A stretch of DNA of 64,000 nucleotides from Oopsacas minuta. Taxonomy: Eukaryota > Animalia > Porifera. The stretch is taken from positions 434,001-498,000 of the forward strand of contig JAKMXF010000044.1 of NCBI GenBank assembly GCA_024704765.1. The letters run 5' to 3'. The translations under genes were made by a program, and so were the position numbers. Shown piece by piece: positions 60,172 to 64,000 of the stretch (positions within the stretch are counted from its first letter, which is position 1; each line of letters starts with the position of its first letter). A model generated the notes under the pieces. That model worked only from the letters and a program-made list of their open reading frames with translations. It was not told the DNA's origin and did not search any database.

Positions 60172-61115
60172 TTAGACAACTGGATATTGTTTCCTTATTT
60201 CCATGATAAGGTTGGAGAAACTAGCTTCTCCATATTTTTTCTGCCAACAAACTTCAGATAAGTGAGTATCTAAAAGTATGGGGTTAGTAGTCATGCAATT
60301 CCTCAGCCGTTTCTTCGCACCACCCCATGTACTCTCAACTGTTTGCGTATGTACACCTATAGTAGGCTCAACAAAATTGAGACCATGGTTGGCGGTGAGA
60401 TGCTGAAAACTTGCAGCGGGGATAGAATTATACGAAGCCCATCGTTAGAAAATATGGTAGTGCACGGAAGAATATATCTCTGGATGAGAGGAACTAATGT
60501 TGCAGCCGACCTGTCTTGAACAGGTATCATAAAGATATCTTTTGTCACTCTATCTATTCCTCCAAATACCCATTGACCTGATAGCATACGACCTCTTGAA
60601 TACTTTCGATGTCCAAACTTTGATTCATCTATTTCTACAATATGCCCAGGCCCTCCAATTGGTTGAGGATTGACTAAAAATTCCTCAACACATAGGTCTC
60701 TGAGGAAGTTCTTCCAGTCTGTTATAGTATGCTCTCCCCACCCTAGATTCTTGTGTAAAAAGGCAGTAGTTTGTAGATTATCGGCCCAGAAATAGAGAAA
60801 TTCTACCAACTCAGTTAAGGGTAGATGAGCACCTTCAAAGAATGAGCCAATCCTCATCGAAGCGAATTTTTTGCATGACTTTTCCGGGCACCTCCACCCC
60901 TTTCCATCTGCAATACCTGAAAATGTTCCGGGTCGCATAATTCTACCGCATATGCACATCATCCCGGTAGCTAAAAGTCCGTTACTTTTGAGCCATGCTA
61001 TACAAGTATCTTCATCAATAGTGATATTACGAAAAAGTTGTATTAAGGTAATTTCTTCAATAACTGGAAATATTGTAGGAACCAGCAGAGGTTGAAACGA
61101 TGGAGCAACTGCCAA
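60172..61115 (-). mobile_element. Merlin/IS1595 (ISXO2-like) transposase pseudogene
   Basis: Zn-ribbon C.C...WRC...C; IGGPGHIVEIDESKFG.RKY.RGR...GQWVFGG..R; VQDRSAATL. After a 1-nt frameshift near 60440 the frame continues WASYNSI...HLTANH.LNFV.P..GVHTQ.VES.W...K to TAA at 60172. No ATG start. Confidence 0.92.
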
Positions 61116-62430
61116 TAAGGATTCTATTATAGCAATATCACAACTCGAATAATTAGAATTTGTTAGTTATATTTCCCTGATATTCCTTTTATACTTGACT
61201 TAAGATTGATCGAAATGCATTGTATGATCGTTTGGAATGTATTCATTAATTATAGGTAATAATTACATGTGGTTTGCATGCCACTTTCCTAAACCAATTG
61301 TTGTTCAACTCAGTAACCAGACAAACAGCATTCCAATTATACTAAATTTTGTATGTAATAGATACTGGTATAACTATGAACACATCAACAAATCTATACA
61401 ATAGAAATTACATCTGAAACCCATATTTTTACCACACTTCTCATATTTAATCTCAAGCATATTACCATATTATAGGTGATTGTTGGTTGTAAAGAAAATT
61501 TATGTAAATAATCCCATAATCAAATAAATTTCTCATTCGGATCGTTATATTGTCTTCCGATAACGATAACTAGTAAATAGAATTTGATTTGGCCATATTA
61601 ATCCCAAATTAGGCGATGTACCTAGTACCTAGCTTATTACAATTTCCTAAATCAAGAGAAAATCGTCTTGAGTGAGTTACTAATTTTCACTCGATTACCT
61701 AAATTTGTCCTAATTAAGCGGATTTGACTGTCTAATAATCCTGGCATTGTAGGGACGCAGGAATCACAAACTTACTGTTGCAGCATTCATCACATCTCAC
61801 CATTAATATAAATTGCTAATTATTGGTTCGGAGCGACCGCCGAACCTGTTACACCACCTCATAAGGCCTGTACTGAAACTTCCGTTATAAGCTAACATCA
61901 ATTATATGGCTAAACTCACGCTATAACAAAGTGATTCACAAACCCCCTCCAGCTTGAAAGTATTGATCTTACTCCGCATATATCCTAATTCTGCAGATCA
62001 CGAAATGTAACCGGGTTCCGTACCAGTCCAGAACACTTCGTTATAATGAGAATGTGTTGCAGTTACAAACTGACTACACTTGCTCAAGTTTATCTATAAT
62101 AGACATTTGACCCCACACATTTGGTTCAGGCAAGAAATACCACCCGTATTATATTTGGTATCCAAAACTTGATACTTTTGCTTTGCACTGGCTAAACATT
62201 ATCGGGGAATTACAGCGCAAGTGTCAATCCCATATTTGCCAACATGAGTGAAGATAAAAAGCGGGACAGAAGGGGCTAATTGAGCGGGGCATCGTCGGAT
62301 GAAGCATATTTGTATTAGACTGGACTACAAAACAGAGGACAATTAAGGGCTTTGTCAAGTTTTGGCTGGACATTAGTCTCATTGGCAGTCAACACATATT
62401 CGGGCCGAGAAATCGTGGTGTCCCGCCAAC

Positions 62431-64000
62431 CAGGGTTGATAAAAATCATGATTTTTTAAAAAAAATCAAAAAATCGGATTTTTTTGATTTAAATCAGATT
62501 TTTTGATTTAAATCGGATTTTGTTTGACAGCTGACTGAACCATCCGGCCGTATCACCTGTCCTTGTTATAATAATGTATGCGTATTTATGAATTGTGAAG
62601 ATTGATACATAATTGTGGTCTATCTCGTAGAATATAGAGTGTAGAAAATAGAATAATTTAATTTTTCATGTTCAATATCCTATAAACGAACACCAGTTTA
62701 GCCGCCTTCTCAATTCCAAGTCGGTTGCGAGTTTTTGAGTATATATATCCAAATGTAGAAAATATACGTTCAATTCCCGCACTTGAAGCAATTGCGGTGA
62801 GAAGTTGTTCAGCAACTTTAGTAATATTTTTCCCCAACGTTCCATGCATTGATGCCCACCAGCAAGCTGGCGTAATATTATCAACTTACATCGTCACTAA
62901 ACATGTAGGATTTGAAAGGATCATATCCTGCTTTGAACTGCAAGACAGTCGCAATTGCATTTGGACAATGCTGATGAATATATTCCATTGCATCGGTAGC
63001 TTCTTTCTCAGTGAGTTTTCTTCCTCTATACCTTGGGTCTATTAAGTTCGCAGAATAGTGTGCTGGAGAAATAGCTTGGGCAGCTCTTTCGTCTACTTTT
63101 CTTAGTACATGTGCCGGTTGCTGTGAACTTAGAAGATCCTCATAAAGTGTTTTCCATACTTCAACTGTATCGCTAATTATAGCATTTTCCCTTTGAATTC
63201 TATCTAGAGCAACTGAAATTGGTTTTAATCTAATAAAGAGATCTTCAGCGTTACGTTTGATAGAATAATTCTTAACTTTATTACCAATGTTCGAATTTAT
63301 CTCATCACGATATTCCTCACAGACCTGTACAAGGATATGCCAGTTAGAAATATAGCTTTTCAAACAGTCCGTCAAAGTATTCCATCTAATTTCATGTGGG
63401 ATAACAAGAGAATTACCACCAGCTTGTTTGTATCTAGCTGCAGGTAGATGTGTATGTCTAAAATATTTGACTATCTGGACAACTTGTTCTTTTATCCCAG
63501 TAATCTGTACATCTTGTGCTAATAGGTTCAACAAATGAGCAGAGCATCCGTATGTCAATATTTCATTCGGTATCTTTTTTTGTAAATCTCTTCTCATTTT
63601 TGCCATATTGGCTGCGTTGTCAGTTACAACGTTACGTACATGACATCTAAAATTTATCTCACAGGAAGTAATAGCATCTGCAGCAAGTTCTGCCAGATAT
63701 TCTGATGTGTGACTATGTCCAGAGGTATCAATTGTCTCAGTAAGGAAAGTCTCTCCTTTGTCAGTTGTAACACTCACACACACGACAGGTTCATTATGTA
63801 CGTTACTCCATCCATCCAGTGATAAGGAGACTGTCTTATCCTCCAGGGTTTTTCTGCATGTATCCAAGAGAGATCCTTGTACATTATTTAATAGTTTATT
63901 CCCTATATCATGGCGATTTGGTGGTATATAACCTGGCCGTAGCATCTTTATTAGTTTCATAAACTCGGGGTGTTCAACAGCTATAAAAGGCGTGTTAGTT
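62431..64000 (-). mobile_element. hAT transposon (3' part) with frameshifted transposase; continues beyond the window
   Basis: Terminus cagggttgataaaaatc at 62431; transposase 62881->64000 (LRPGY.PP.R, SLDGWSN, VVTDNAANM, GCSAHLLNLL, RWNT, LIDPRY); hATC dimerisation segment 62658-~62885 (WWAS...LL...ASSAGIERIFSTFG..YSK.RNRLG.EKA.KLVF) in another frame. Confidence 0.93.
62442..62522. repeat. hAT subterminal repeats (AAATC(G/A)GATTTT units)
   Basis: aaaaatcggatttttttgatttaaatcagattttttgatttaaatcggatttt immediately inside the terminus. Confidence 0.85.

Overview
This is a eukaryotic (animal) genomic window: AT-rich, gene-dense, with GT-AG introns and many small DNA-transposon insertions. The compact layout suggests an early-branching metazoan such as a glass sponge; that is inference only. 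I reconstructed two intron-rich genes by hand. One is a receptor-type tyrosine phosphatase of the PTPRR/PTPN5/PTPN7 (KIM) family (catalytic exons 10671-15173, probable signal-peptide exon at 676). The other is a 22-exon BRSK/SAD kinase (22412-36751) whose introns host two intronless antisense genes, a CPEB2/3/4-class RNA-binding protein and a PDZ-SAM-SAM scaffold. Mostly intronless genes are: a divergent Maf/CNC-type bZIP, an orphan 160-aa ORF with an ADP-ribosyltransferase/toxin-like motif pattern, PPP1R42, an SLX4-like MLR-BTB protein lacking the C-terminal half, OGFOD2, NAXD, NDUFA2 and a 7.8-kb single-exon SZT2. A 2-exon gene encodes an uncharacterised ~1196-aa multipass membrane protein. 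The right end holds a frameshifted Merlin/IS1595-type transposase and a frameshifted hAT transposase cut by the window edge. The most unusual spot is 18.5-19.9 kb: a 437-bp element with 40-bp TIRs, an exact 8-bp TSD and four GCGCATGCGC (NRF1-type) sites carries the 5' end of an NRF1/MADS-like ORF, just upstream of the toxin-like orphan gene. All homology calls come from recalled family motifs, not searches. No rRNA, tRNA or CRISPR array was found.
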